Source: Macrostomum hystrix
Lineage: Eukaryota > Animalia > Platyhelminthes
NCBI GenBank assembly: GCA_950097015.1
Contig: CATNEN010000039.1
Location: 17,112,001-17,176,000, forward strand
DNA: 64,000 bases
Reading direction: 5' to 3'
In this document: positions 13,107 to 25,805 of the stretch, piece after piece
Layout: each line of letters starts with the position of its first letter
How positions within the stretch are numbered: position 1 is the first letter of the stretch
Translations under genes and position numbers: made by a program
Notes under the pieces: generated by a model
Told to the model about the DNA's origin: nothing
Databases searched by the model: none
The model's input: the letters and a program-made list of their open reading frames with translations, nothing else

Positions 13107-13585
13107 TGTCTTTAGTGACAGAGTGAGGTGGGTGTCTTTAGTGGCAGAGTGAGGTGAGTGTCTTTAGTGGCAGAGTGAGGCGGGTGTCTTTAGTGGCAGA
13201 GTGAGGTGGGTGTCTTTAGTGGCAGAGTGAGGTGGGTGTCTTTAGTGGCAGAGTGAGGTGGGTGTCTTTAGTGGCAGAGTGAGGTGGGTGTCTTTAGTGG
13301 CAGAGTGAGGTGGGTGTCTTTAGTGGCAGAGTGAGGTGGGTGTCTTTAGTGGCAGAGTGAGGCGGGTGTCTTTAGTGGCAGAGTGAGGTGGGTGTCTTTA
13401 GTGGCAGAGTGAGGTGGGTGTCTTAGGTTGCAAAGGGTGGGGTGGGTGTCTTTCGTGGTAGAGAGTGAGGTGGGTGTCTTTAGTGGCAGAGAGTGAGGTG
13501 GGTGTCTTGAGTGGTTGAGAGTGAGGTTGGTGTCTTGAGTGGTAGAGAGTGAGATGGGTGTCTTGAGTGGTAGAGAGTGAGGTAG
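13107..13585. repeat. 26-bp minisatellite GTCTTTAGTGGCAGAGTGAGGTGGGT
   Basis: Direct periodicity, degenerating at the 3' end. Confidence 0.95.
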
Positions 13586-13930
13586 GTTTATTTTTTTGGT
13601 AGTCCATGCACTTGAAGATACATATTTGTAATTATGAATCATAAAGTATATCAGGAGAACAGTTTTAAGAGCTGCAAGGTTTTATACACTTTCAAAACAT
13701 TTGATACACATATAAATAAGGTATTTACGCACATTGAAACTTTTTGTTTGCTTAGCTTCGTCCGCGTGCGACTTATTGAATTTTAGCATCTGAAATGTAT
13801 ATTTCCGAACAGAGCTAGGGCAACACCAGGAATCTGTGATAAATGTGCAAAACAGACTGGCCCGCAGGCGCTATTAGTATAAGCAATTTTACAGTCTGAT
13901 AAGTTGGTACCCAACTCGCACATCCAAGAA

Positions 13931-15535
13931 ATGCAGTCGGACAGACAGTCCTTCCAAGACACCTTGGAATTTGAGTATGAGAATTGCGCCATGTGCAACC
14001 AGCCAGCTGCGGGCATGGGACCGTTCTCCCGCATGCACCTGTGCAGACTGCACCTCAATGTTGACGTGGCCGATGCTCAAAACTTAAAACAAGTCGTCGA
14101 TGGAGAGCTGGCTGCCTACACTCAAGATATTGTTGGATTCGAGTCCGCGTCCTCTTTGGAAAAACAGCTCGAAGAGATTCAGCAGAGATTCGACGCAGTT
14201 CAGCGGAATGTGGACGAGTTTCGAGGTCGGCTGATCGGTGACATGACAGGTCGACTGGAGGCAGCGCGCATTTGGCAGCGGGACGTCGAAGATATCGCCA
14301 GCTACAAGCGCGAGGTAACCGTTGCAACCGCGGCCAACAAAATGGCAAAAGTGGTTAACTTGGCTGAGACCATGCAGGCGTCGCTTTCAAAGCGGCAGGA
14401 AATATTTGTGAAAGTTAAAAAGTTAAGCACAGCAAGCCACGGCTGGAAGGCGCAGGTTCAGCGGCTGGAGAAGCTGGAAAGACTGGCTGGCTGTGCAGCT
14501 GCTGGTGTGGACATTGCCGACAGTGCTTCAGAGTCTGCTAGCAGTTCTGAAACTGAGGTGCTGATTAGGCAGAAGAGATGTCGCACTGGTTACGAGCCCG
14601 TCACTGTAAGGAACAGGCCAAGTGACGCTTCTACACTGAGTAGCTTTTCCGTATCTCACGAGGTGAAGCTGGAGGGCTGGGTTCATTGGCTGACTGTGTG
14701 CAGCGACACCAGTGGCTTCGTTGGCAACAGTTCAGGCTTTGTGACGACCGCCGAATCAGGCGACGAAGGCTCTGTAGCTCTTCCTCAGCCCTGCGTCTTT
14801 GCCATCTTTTCTGACAAGGACTACTTGACGGCAATGTCTGTGGATGGAAGCGAGAAGTTCAAGTGCAAGTGCTTCATAACGTGTAAGAATTTAGCTTGGG
14901 GTCTCCGTTGCGAACGTCAGCTGCTGTTTATCGCTCAACCCGAGGCTGTGACTGTCACCGACCTGAGCGGTCGCATCAAGGCTCGCATCCAGCCAGACAT
15001 CATCAACTTCGGAGATATCTGGGGAATCGGCAGTAGCGCTGAGTACATCTTCGTCAGCAGTGGTAACAAAATCGCTGCGTTTAACTTGTCGAATTTCGAA
15101 CTGCAGACGATCATTACCATCGCCGAGCTACCCGACGCTGACTTTTGCAACATCGCCTGCTACGATGACTGCATTCTGGTGGCAGATAAATATCACAACA
15201 AGGTGCACAAAGTGTGTGTCGAGACACAAATGCTCTTGTCCTCCTATCCGATTAAGCACTTGGGTTCAAGTCACTTTGCCTATCCGTATGATGTGGCTGT
15301 CGACAGCAGAGGCCGCCTGTTCGTGACGGAGTTCCGTCGTCACACCGTGCGCGCCGTGACTGTCGATAGCGGTTCGCCGCTGTGGTCGCTTGACTCGTCT
15401 GGCGACATCGACACCGACAAGAAGAAGCTGTGCTGTCCGTGCGGCCTGGCTGTGCTGACAGACGCAGACTATGGCGAACGTCTTCTGGTGGCTGATCGCA
15501 ACAATCAGCGATTATTGGTGCTGAACCTCGACTAA
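13931..15535 (+). CDS. intronless TRIM-NHL-like protein (Cys/His cluster, coiled coil, NHL-type beta-propeller), copy A
   Basis: ATG at 13931 (MQSD). CAMC-x13-HLCRLH resembles a degenerate B-box, followed by a heptad-rich region. The C-terminus has FAYPYDVAVDSRGRLFVTE, ILVADKYHNKV and PCGLAV..LLVADRNNQR, typical of NHL blades. Confidence 0.75.
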   Translation: MQSDRQSFQDTLEFEYENCAMCNQPAAGMGPFSRMHLCRLHLNVDVADAQNLKQVVDGELAAYTQDIVGFESASSLEKQLEEIQQRFDAVQRNVDEFRGRLIGDMTGRLEAARIWQRDVEDIASYKREVTVATAANKMAKVVNLAETMQASLSKRQEIFVKVKKLSTASHGWKAQVQRLEKLERLAGCAAAGVDIADSASESASSSETEVLIRQKRCRTGYEPVTVRNRPSDASTLSSFSVSHEVKLEGWVHWLTVCSDTSGFVGNSSGFVTTAESGDEGSVALPQPCVFAIFSDKDYLTAMSVDGSEKFKCKCFITCKNLAWGLRCERQLLFIAQPEAVTVTDLSGRIKARIQPDIINFGDIWGIGSSAEYIFVSSGNKIAAFNLSNFELQTIITIAELPDADFCNIACYDDCILVADKYHNKVHKVCVETQMLLSSYPIKHLGSSHFAYPYDVAVDSRGRLFVTEFRRHTVRAVTVDSGSPLWSLDSSGDIDTDKKKLCCPCGLAVLTDADYGERLLVADRNNQRLLVLNLD

Positions 15536-17509
15536 GACTGCGATGCGCATGTGTACTGTCGTATATGCAATCACAGGGTTGCTGAGTGAATAGCTGTTTT
15601 TATTGACCCTGATTATACAGCATTTTAAACAGCTAAATCACTTTGGGCATGCCGGCGTTGACTCTGTCAGAATTATGCTTCCTTCTAGTACTGTTGAGGT
15701 TCTGGTGAAGTTAGTTCTGGTGAAATTAAACTGCTGCATGTCTTGCCTGCATCATTGACAACTTATTAGTACAATCTATCGTCTATAACTGTTAGTACTC
15801 GAAGTTTAGGCTACCGTATTTTCGTGTGCGAATGATGCTTTCGGGTTAGCGGAAGGTTTGGAAGTTTTTGGAAGAATGCGAATGCAGTTCACTCGTATGT
15901 ATGACAGTGGCGCTGCATAAGAGCCTATTAACTCTTGCATGTAGAATTTTTTGTTCGTTTATAAATACAAATTTTAAATGCTCTTCATATGGTAATAACT
16001 AATTAATCAGCAAATTAAAGTTGCGAGTGAGGAGTTGAGTTTTCTTAGATATGCTGCAGTAATTTTTGCTTTGAAGAATTACCTGATGAAACAGGCTACC
16101 AGCCTTGTGCAATACCGCGCTTTATTTATAGAAAGAGTCAGTGGCTAAATTTAGCACTTTTGTTGGGCGAGAGGAGAATGCTGAAAAGCCTTAGAGTACG
16201 CAGGTGTGTACTCAAATGTACTAAAAAATTTGCTTGCACCTATTGGATTGTGTACTCTAGTGATTATATTAAAGACTCCACCTTTAGGCAAATTTATCGC
16301 TTGGAGCAGTCGGTATGCGTCAGCGGGTGTTCAGCGAAGGCTTCGACTGTATCGACGATGCCTACATGCGCAGTCAGCGTCGACTGGACGACCGAAGGAG
16401 CGGCAGGACTACCCGAAGATTGTCCGGTTTAGTTGAACAGCCGAGTCGTCAGCTAATGCTATTTGATGAGCCTCGGAATCAGCAAAGGCAGCAGCATCGG
16501 TGCCAGCCTGTTGGAAACGTCAATTCGTGCAGCGCTTCTGCTATCAACGTTCTAGGAAACAAGTGAGCCATCCGCCTTAGCCGCTTTAGACTTTTAAGCG
16601 GGAATTTTTCTCTCGTTTAATTCTTCCTTGTAGAGGTTGCGAAAGTATCAACAGGGGAACGACCACGCTATTTTCCCCCACATTCGTTTCGCATTCTATT
16701 CAGTGAACTTACAGCCAGAAGCGACCTCCGCATTCCGATTCGCAGCTTCTCCAGCCAAGTGCCCTACTCCCTGAACAAGAAAGGACGCTGGAACTTCCCG
16801 GAGGCGCTGCACCAGTGCCGCGATCACGATCAAGCCTCGATGGAGGCCGCAGCGAAGCTCAGAGTCGGCGATCGCGCGACCTCCTTGCTGGCGCAGCGTC
16901 GATCAGTCCGGCTTCATCGGTGTGGCCGCAGCGAGAAGAAGCAACGACACGAGGCTAGCGAGAGCAGCCGCTTCGACCTGGAGATTCAACTTGAAATGGA
17001 CTCAAGAGTGGCACCACCAAGGTCGCACCTGCACAGACTAATGACAGACTACACTGAGCGTTGGCGAGTGCGCAATCGACGCAGCTGGGACTTCCAGCGC
17101 ATCTACACGTGGAGCTGGTTCGGGCGGCTGCAGTGGAGCAACATCTGAAGGCTGTTTCTAAATATTCTGGATGGAAAACTAGCAACAACTTCAAGAGACA
17201 GCAGCTGCTTTTGTCGCATGAAAATTACACTTTTTCTTCACACAGTTTTTTCAGCTTTTCAGTCACTGTCGATATTCTGCTTGTCAGACTTTTCTGCTAT
17301 TGTATAGAAATAACTTAAAATCCGTAGTTGCGTAATTTAAATTTCGCGATTGGATGATTTTGAATTATAACAAATCTCGTTCGGTCTTGTTTTTTTCCGC
17401 CGATTTTAAGCGAATAATGCATTGAAGAGATGGCGAATGTCCGTTGCTTCAATTCATCAACTGTGATTCATGTGAGACAGCCAGTGTTTTAGGATGTGAT
17501 GCATTACAA

Positions 17510-17825
17510 GGTCCCCGAGCTCGATTGCGAGGCGAGGCCACATTAAATTGGGGCGCAGCCGTGGAGAGAAGGCTTGGTGGCTTGTCGTGCAATTTACGCC
17601 CTTGAGGGCCAACCTCCAAGGCACAGTGAAAGTGTACACTGCCTGACGATGAGAAAGTCAGGGCAAATGTACACACCTGTGTGAGCGAGCACCTGCGTAC
17701 AGTCTATGTGTGCTTGCGTGCTCAGGAGTCAGCGGAATGGGCAGAATGCCTCCTCGCTGGCTGCAGGTCTAGTGTCACCAAATGATGTGCCATTGCCCGC
17801 AGACCTCCTGCAAAATGATTATTAT
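17510..17825 (+). mobile_element. SINE family A, 5'-truncated copy
   Basis: Colinear with 25806-26170 from the B-box region to the AT-rich tail. Confidence 0.85.
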
Positions 17826-18543
17826 GGGAGGTAGTTGAATTGATTTGCTAGTTCAAAGCAGCGCTTGATTGCTTTTGTCCGTCGCTGATAGCTTTGAAGA
17901 GTTAAATTTAGACGATTTTTTCAGCTGACGCCGAGTTTTCTTACTAAAAATTGGCGAATCGCCATTCTGTAATGGGTAGGGGCCGACATTGCCCGTTTTA
18001 CTGTACATAGTTCGTCAGCAATGAATCCGATTTTCCTATGAATAGCAAATTAAACCGCAGGTCTTTCACTAGCCATTTTCAAACTTTTATGAACCTTTTG
18101 TCAATTATTGGAGCTTTTAGCATGTTTCTATACATTTTGTTTGAAAGTACGTTTCAATTCTAAGAGATTGTTGGTCCAAGTCGTTAAAAAGGTTGCTATG
18201 AGGAAAATTATCTGTCACTTAAAAGTTCTACTTACTAACAGTAGCTAGGCAAGAATACATATTCATGTAGGTGGAGGTGGTATATATATTTACTCAGATT
18301 TCAATCAATGCGCAACTGAACAAACATTGGCCTCTCCATTTTAGAGCTCCATTTGTTGGCAATCGTTTTGCGGACTCCCGCTGACATTGCATGGAAGCAT
18401 GACAAATATTTGACAATGGCCCGTCACTTTTCATCAGAAATAAAGGCCTAGCACTTTTGTCGCGGGTACTTAGCAAGCGAAAACACCTTTCAGTGCAAAT
18501 CTATTGGCGCACCTCATTCAGCAGTTGAGCAGATCTCTGCAGG

Positions 18544-18549
18544 TATAAA
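18544..18549 (+). promoter_or_regulatory. candidate TATA box of the DEG/ENaC gene
   Basis: TATAAA followed by a GC-rich stretch, ~100 bp upstream of the ATG. Confidence 0.35.
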
Positions 18550-18646
18550 GCGCGGAATTCAAAGACTGAGGGGTGGTGGAAGAACACGAAACCAACAAAG
18601 AAGTGAAACAAAAATATTTAGATTTTTCTCGCTAATTGCCTCCGGA

Positions 18647-21294
18647 ATGCTTCAGTTGCGCAAAGCCTGCGAGACTTCCACGGCTCACGGACTGCCACGA
18701 GTAGCCGACGGCAGCAAGCCGATCGTCGTGCGAGTCGCCTGGCTGCTGCTGTTCCTGCTGTTTCTCTGCCTTTTTGTCAGAGGTCTCATTGGCTTCGTGA
18801 ACAAGCTGCAGAGTCGTCAGGTCACCTCGTCTCTGGAGGCCAGTACAGTCCGCTTCCAGTTTCCCGACCTGTACGTGTGCTTTGAAGGCGCTGTGTCTGG
18901 TACCTACGCTGCTAGCATGAGCGCTGACTCTGCCAGACAGATGGAGGCTAGACTTAACGACACAACAAACTTCTGGACAAACTGTATCCGAGCCATTATT
19001 CCATCAATTCCGGACTCGATGCCGATCGAAGCAAAACTCCAGACAGAGGCCATGATTGCTCAGATGATAAGTATGACGATTAAGCACATGAGCTTCTACT
19101 ATCCGCCATCAGTACCCTTCCAGCTTCTCGTGGATGCATTGGGTCACAGAGCCGAGCAGTCTGTCATTGAGAGCTCAATCACTTATACAAGCGTATCTGG
19201 GTTTCCCACATCCGAACGAGCCAGCTTCAGCAGCTTCTACCACCCAAATTACCTGCGCTGCTTCCGTTGGAGTCTAGGAAAAGACAACGAAGAGAAGCTG
19301 CTGCGGAGTGGAACCTCGGCTGGTCTGGTGCTGTCTCTGCTGCTCGACGGCAACGCAACGTCGCTGGTTCCGGTGAACGGCAGAACTGTTGCAACTCCGG
19401 TCTTTGTTACCGGCCACCCCGCAACAAGCCCGGTCATTGACTGGCGTCCAGTGCCACTGTCCGACTGGTCTCTATCTACGCAGGACTGGAACCGATCTGA
19501 TCGTAGCGCAGGTGTTCGAGTCTTCCTGACTCCTCAGGGGCAGTACCCGACAGACTTTGCCAAGTCCTATTTGCTGTCCGCTGGAAAATTTCACATTGTG
19601 AGTTTATTTGAGCAGAGAGAGTGAAGTTATGAAAGGCCCTCGAAATCGGGCCCCAGGCCCCCAACAACACTGAATTTAAACTGTCATCTCTCCCCCCTGT
19701 CTCCACTCCCATATTTAATCTTTCCTTTGTTTAATATTTCCACTGTAATGTGTTTCGCTGTCGTCTTTGGTGTCATCTCTTTGGTCCGATCATTTTTTTA
19801 TTTTTCACTTTCATTTCTTTCAGATGGACGTCTCTATGGTCGAGAACAGCCGCAACAAGGATGACTTTGACTGCCTGGACAACCCTTCACCGGTTCAGTT
19901 TTTTAATCCGTACGATGAGGCAGCCTACACGCACGAGTACAGCTACTCATACTGCTACTACTACGAGTACCACAAAGAATGCCAGGCAAAATTTAATTAT
20001 TCAGGTCTACCATCGCCAATACCGTGGCCACTTCGCGACAAAGCGTTCATTTTGAACTTGACGGGATCCGGGACACAGCTTGCCGAAGGTCTGTGCGTCC
20101 AGAGAAACAGCTCGGTTGTACCATTGGAAGTCAAGTGAGCGCAAGCTAGCATAGAAGTCCTGAAGTTCTAACTAAAACGTTACCTTAGAAAATACATAAA
20201 GTTTTTCGAATAGTGATCCTTCATTCATTATCATTGTCATTATTAAAAAGGCCGCATTCTATAAACAAAGACAGTTAGCAAAGGTCGCCGTCGTTTTGTC
20301 TATGGCTAGAAACAACAGTATATAGAGGCAAGCGTATGACCATTTTTACCGTAGCCATAAAACTATATATGGCTACGGTAGATACGGTAGTAGAAGGCTT
20401 CGGTAGATATCTAGAATTTTATGCTCTAGCTCACTCTAGCCAGCTTTTAGATAGGTCTATGGTTCAAACCTTGCTCACTCTAGCCAGCCTTTTAGATAGG
20501 TCTATGGTTCAAACCTATTTCACTCTAGCCAGCCTTTTAGATAGGTCTATGGTTCAAACCTAGCTAACTCTAGCAATCACGATTGCTCTCAATGATTTTG
20601 TCCGCAGATAATGGACACTACTCTACCAAAGGATAATATATACTAAACCACTGAAAGTCGCTCAATAGTCATTTATTGCACACTTTCTAGTTTTTATTTA
20701 TTACCTGAAAATTGTGTTACCATGAACGCGAAAGACCGATTCTAATGCTAAAATTTCCTTCTGACAAGTCTCGATGACGTGGCTCGAGCTGCTTGTGAAA
20801 AGAAGGACCGCTGCCGTGTGCTGAATTACGACGCAACAATCTCTAGCGCCGACTGGCCCACGCCATCTTCGCTCAATACCTACCTGGGCACCACCGTGAC
20901 ATTGGCGAGAAACTCGGCCATGGCGCAAGGCACGCCAGTGCCAGCGCTGGACTTTCTGGTCAACGCCAGTAACGCAGACGCGACCGCCTATGCCAGGTCG
21001 AACTTGGTCAAGCTGCAAATCCGGCCTAGCAAAGTGCAATGCGATCGACTCATCTTTGCCATCAGCTACGGAATCGAGAACTTCATTGCTGACGTCGGCG
21101 GCATCATGGGGATCTACCTGGGCATGTCACTACTCACCATGTGTGAGCTCATCGACCTCATCGTCGATGTCGTGAAGTTCGGCCACGGGGCGGGCGACGC
21201 CAAGTTGCAAAGTTCTAGTCTGGTGAGCATAAAAAGCTCCACCGAAAACACGCCAGACTCCCTGCAAGTCACCGATCTCGAAGGGACGAAATAA
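18647..21294 (+). CDS. DEG/ENaC (amiloride-sensitive sodium channel superfamily) subunit, ~595 aa; exons 18647-19597, 19824-20134, 20769-21294
   Basis: Pre-TM1 STAHGL motif, TM1, FPDLYVC (FPAVTIC-like) and TM2 IADVGGIMGIYLGMSLLTMCELID (GxS filter). GT-AG introns have consistent phases (0 and 2). AATAAA overlaps the stop codon. Confidence 0.9.
20428..20573. repeat. ~45-bp tandem repeat x3 in ENaC intron 2
   Basis: CTCACTCTAGCCAGC(C)TTTTAGATAGGTCTATGGTTCAAACC repeated. Confidence 0.9.
20614..20738. repeat. dispersed repeat also at ~25402-25521
   Basis: CTACTCTACCAAAG..GTCGCTCA..GAAAATTGTGTTAC.ATGAACGCGAAAGACC is shared between the two sites. Confidence 0.75.
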
Positions 21295-21447
21295 AAGTTT
21301 ATTACGTTTTTAAGACGGTTTTCTGAAAGTGACTGCACTAAATCTGAGTATTATACGTATGTGTCTGATAAGATTTAATAATTTATCTTTTTTCTTCAGG
21401 GCCAAAGCTAATACATTACCTTCATTGCTTGGACAACGTTTTATATC

Positions 21448-21785
21448 GGGGGTCGATGGCAGAGCAGCTAACGAGATTGTCTCTCGCACCAATGTCCCTG
21501 AGCTCGATTCAGCGGCGAGGCCGCATTCATTTGGGGCGCAGCCGCGGAGAGAAGGCTTGGTGGCTTGTCGTGCAATTTACGCCCCTGAGGGCCAACCTCC
21601 AAGGCACAGTGAGAGTGTGCACTGCCTGACGATGAGAAAGTCAGGGCAGATGTACACACCTATGTGCGTGTGTGCTCAGGAGTAAGCGAAATGGGAAGAA
21701 TTACATACATCCTCGCTGGCTGCGGGTCTGGTGTGACCAAATGATGTGCCATTGCCCACAAGCCTCCTCCATTTAATTTTTTATT
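21448..21785 (+). mobile_element. tRNA-derived SINE family A, near full length
   Basis: GGGGTCGATGGCAGAGCAGCTAAC head (A-box-like), degenerate B-box, and a body shared with the other copies. Confidence 0.85.
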
Positions 21786-21969
21786 GTTTAATACCTATCT
21801 ATTCAATATTTATGCACATAAACTGCTATTTGAATATATTTGTAGCTTTCCTTTTATTAAACTAAAAAAATATGTTCTTGTTATTGATATATCTTTTTCG
21901 CGTGATATTTTGTTCCGGGAATTTTTTCAAATTATTATATTGCTAGTTAAAAGTGCAATTTTCAGCTTA

Positions 21970-23943
21970 TATACTCAGCAACAGCTAAACCCCCAACTCA
22001 CGCTGTCACACGGGCACAAAAGTTAAGCAATGTCTTTAATTCTAGTCTCAGTGTAATAAAATGAATGTCCTAGCTGGAGCGTCAGGAATTTAAAGCTAGC
22101 GACTATTCACTATTGTACCATGACTACGTGGCTATCGGGCGGGCTGATATTCGATTATTGCCATAGACGATGTCATTTTGGCCCGAAAAGTTGGGCCGAT
22201 AATGGATTATTTTTGTGTATTTTAACGTATAGCCACATACTATAAGCCACATAGTCTATGGTACAATCACAGTATTACCCAGGCTTTGCGTAAAGCGTTG
22301 GTAATAATATACTATTCACCGGGGTCGGTGTCCTACCAATCGTTTCAATAGCAGCAGGGAATCTGGAATTAAATAGCGTTAGAGACTGGTAGCGAGCGAA
22401 GTGGAATAGATAAGCGATGAGACCAGTGTGTTCCTCCGGCCCGGCGAAACTCCCAATGAAAAAGAATAACACAGTATGAACGCGAAGACTAGAATAAATT
22501 GATTAGGAGTGAGTTAATCGGCTGTGACTAAGATTCCAGATACGAATAGGAATTACTTTGAATATTGTTTACTTGACTTAAAAGTTATACTGACAGAATA
22601 GATGTTCACACGGAAATAAATTATAGCGCGCTCACAGTGAGAAGCAAGTCTGGTCTAACAATTTGGATATAACAATTTTTACTTAACTGGCCTACATCCG
22701 CGCCCTACTCTTCCCGAGAGGCTCCGGTTGTCTCTGCTTTCAGCGCTGCCCCGACAGATCCTATCGGTTGGCACTTCTGCCTGACGGCGGAGTCTCCGAA
22801 GAGAGCACGTACTGACTTCGACAACAAGCGCCTATCTAGACCACCCTTGTCAGCGGCGCACTCTCAAGACGCGTAGCGCCGAAAGCTACCTAACTGAACA
22901 AGCGGAGTGTGGTCGGGCGGGGAGGGACAAAACAAGTGGACTAGTTTGCACGTGCTTCTCACAGTGTGAGGCGAATTGCAGAGAACGATAATTTGCACGT
23001 GCTTCTCACAGTGTGAGGCGAATTGCGGAGAAAAAGAGAGATAATTTGGACTACAAAAACACGCTTCGTTATATAGAGTCATTTTAACCCCAAATTAGGT
23101 CGATCGGCGAGGTGGATGCCTGGCTGTAGCTTGAGCCAAGGCGACAAATCGCAGTAGACTTGCGACCGCCGTTCTGAGCCCCGGGGTCGCTTCTTGCCGA
23201 GGGTAGACAGGTAGTGAGGCCGGGTCGCTCGCTGATTGGCCGGGACCGTAGCCCAGGGGTAGCGCTCGCGGGGTGGTGGGCGTCCGTTCCCCCAGCTGGT
23301 CCGGCCCGGCTTGGCGTGGGTGAACTCTTAGCAAAACACGTGTCTAAAAATAAGTATTGAATAATAACACGGGGAGATAGAAGGGCAAACAAGCTGACAC
23401 TACATCAGTACCGTGTGTAGGAACCACGAGCATGCAAAAGTGCCGTGACTCGTGGCATCCTGATCGCCAGCCGGTTGATGAACTCTTGGGGCAGCTGCTG
23501 CCAGGCATTCAGCACCGCCAGTCGCAACTGTTCAGCATTCTGTGGGGCATCCTGCTGAACTCTTCGCTTTACAAAGTCCCAGACATGCTCGATGGGGTTT
23601 ATGTCTGGAGACTTTGACGGCCAGTTCAATGTGCGAATGCCGAGCTGCTCCTTCAGCAGCTGCACGTGTGCTGCTTGATGTGGCGCAGCGTTGTCGTCTT
23701 GAAGCATGCAGTTTTTCTCCTCAGTTTCTCTCTCTTCTTTGCCACCCTCCTCTTTAACTACTGATGGTTTACCATTGCGCAATGCAGCCACCAGTGGGTT
23801 GAGTTGCGCCCTCCCCAAATCCCCCATGCCACACTTTGCGCTCGCGTCTGGCGGCGGCAGCCTTCACACATTTCTGAGTCACCGATGGCATACGGGCCGT
23901 GTGACAGCGTGAGTTGGGGCGGGGTTAGCTGTTGCTGAGTATA
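21970..23943 (-). mobile_element. Tc1-family DNA transposon, internally deleted, with nested insertions
   Basis: TIRs TA|TACTCAGCAACAGCTAA..AACTCACGCTGTCACACGG at both ends, flanked by TA. Transposase C-terminus at 23405-23710: QDDNAAPH..WPSKSPDINPIEHVW..RGSYTRY (Tc1 DD34E type). Confidence 0.88.
22112..22267. mobile_element. small TIR element nested in the Tc1 relic
   Basis: ATTGTACCATGACTACGTGGCT ... AGCCACATAGTCTATGGTACAAT are inverted ends. Confidence 0.55.
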
Positions 23944-24020
23944 TACGAGCATTCGTTACAAGCGCTTTAAAAGAAGTATCTCTAAACACTTTGTTGCTGT
24001 TTAATCATAAAAATATAATG

Positions 24021-24437
24021 GACTAAATAAATTTACTAAAGTGACTAAATTAATTTACTAAAGTGACTAAATTAATTTACTAAATTGACTAGGCCTAAAT
24101 ATATTTACTAAAGTGACTAAATTAAATTACTAAAGTGACTAAATTAATTTACTAAATTGACTAAATTAATTTACTAAATTGACTAAATTAATTTACTAAA
24201 GTGACTAAATTAATTTACTAAAGTGACTAAATTAATTTACTAAATTGACTAAATTAATTTACTAAATTGACTAAATTAATTTGCTAAAGTGACTAAATTA
24301 ATTTACTAGATTGACTAAATAAATTAACTAAAGTGACTAAATTAATTTACTAAATTGACTAAATAAATTAACTAAAGTGACTAAATTAATTTACTAAATT
24401 GACTAAATAAATTAAATAGAACTGACTAATTTACTAA
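24021..24437. repeat. 22-bp AT-rich minisatellite GACTAAATTAATTTACTAAAGT
   Basis: Direct periodicity. Confidence 0.94.
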
Positions 24438-24724
24438 TTTATTAAAATTCATGAATAACAACCTAAACGAGCTCTTTCTTTCGTCAATTTTATTTCTTTA
24501 AACTTTAACTCGAAACAAAATCACAGAAAAGATACAAAGAGCAGTAGGAATTTCAAATTCGTTTAAGATCGACTTCACATTACTGAAGGTCAGTTTATGC
24601 ACCCATTTTACCGTGTACACAAAGTCCATTATGAGTCCTAGATGAGTAGTGCTGATAAGGGTGTAGGGAGGGAACAATGTGAGGGTTAGCCCGACTGCCT
24701 GAGACAACAAGGTCCCGGCCACTT

Positions 24725-25109
24725 GGGATCCTGCCCCAAACACCTGGGATCCTGCCCCAAACACCTGGGATCCTGCCCTAAACACCTGGGATCCTGCCCC
24801 AAACACCTGGGATCCTGCCCCAAACACCTGGGATCCTGCCCCAAACACCTGGGATCCTGCCCCAAACACCTGGGATCCTGCCCCAAACACCTGGGATCCT
24901 GCCCCAAACACCTGGGATCCTGCCCCAAACACCTGGGATCCTGCCCCAAACACCTGGGATCCTGCCCCAAACACCTGGGATCCTGCCCCAAACACCTGGG
25001 ATCCTGCCCCAAACACCTGGGATCCTGCCCCAAACACCTGGGATCCTGCCCCAAACACCTGGGATCCTGCCCCAAACACCTGGGATCCTGCCCCAAAAAC
25101 CTGGGATCC
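24725..25109. repeat. 21-bp tandem repeat TGGGATCCTGCCCCAAACACC, ~18 copies
   Basis: Direct periodicity, almost invariant units. Confidence 0.97.
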
Positions 25110-25805
25110 AGCTCCTGCACCCTATAGATCTGATCAATCAAAAAGTGCACGGAGCAGAAATTATCCTCCAATCGGAAAGCCAAGCGGCGATCCTTGCCCT
25201 TGGACAAGCACAAGCACAAGCACAAGCACAAGCATCTTTTCGCGCACAGTCCTCGACTTCATAACTCAATCGCATAGGGACCTCTACCAATGCATTTGTA
25301 TGGGGGATACCAGGGCACTCGGGCAAACATGGTAACGACAGCCCTATAGCCGAGGTTTGACGGAGTCGCTTTTTGGCCCCTGCGACTCCGTAGACAATTA
25401 ATACTACTCTACCAAAGACTAAATACTTAACCACTGGAACGTCGCTCATTAGTCCTTTATTGCACCATTTTCTAGTTTTTAGAATTACCAGAAAATTGTG
25501 TTACAATGAACGCGAAAGACCAATGACAACATGAGGTCGGCGAGATGACGAAGTGGCAGGCTTCGAAACAGAAATATCGAAACAGAAGAGATTCTCATGG
25601 TCGAGGAAACGAACAACGAAAGGATACAGTTCGTCACGACGACTAGAATTCGGCCATATGGAACAGCTTGTGAATGTACTTGTCAAAGCAGCCGGTCAAC
25701 GGAAACTACCAAAAAAAGACAAAAACTGTTTGAACCAAAGAACGATATGATGGAGAAAAAGCAACTGCTAATGACATCGGAAATTATTCAACCAGAAGAC
25801 GAGAC

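Noticed and set aside
16160-17318. GC-richer ORFs suggesting a gene or pseudogene
   Set aside because: I could not find a recognisable domain or a consistent splice structure.
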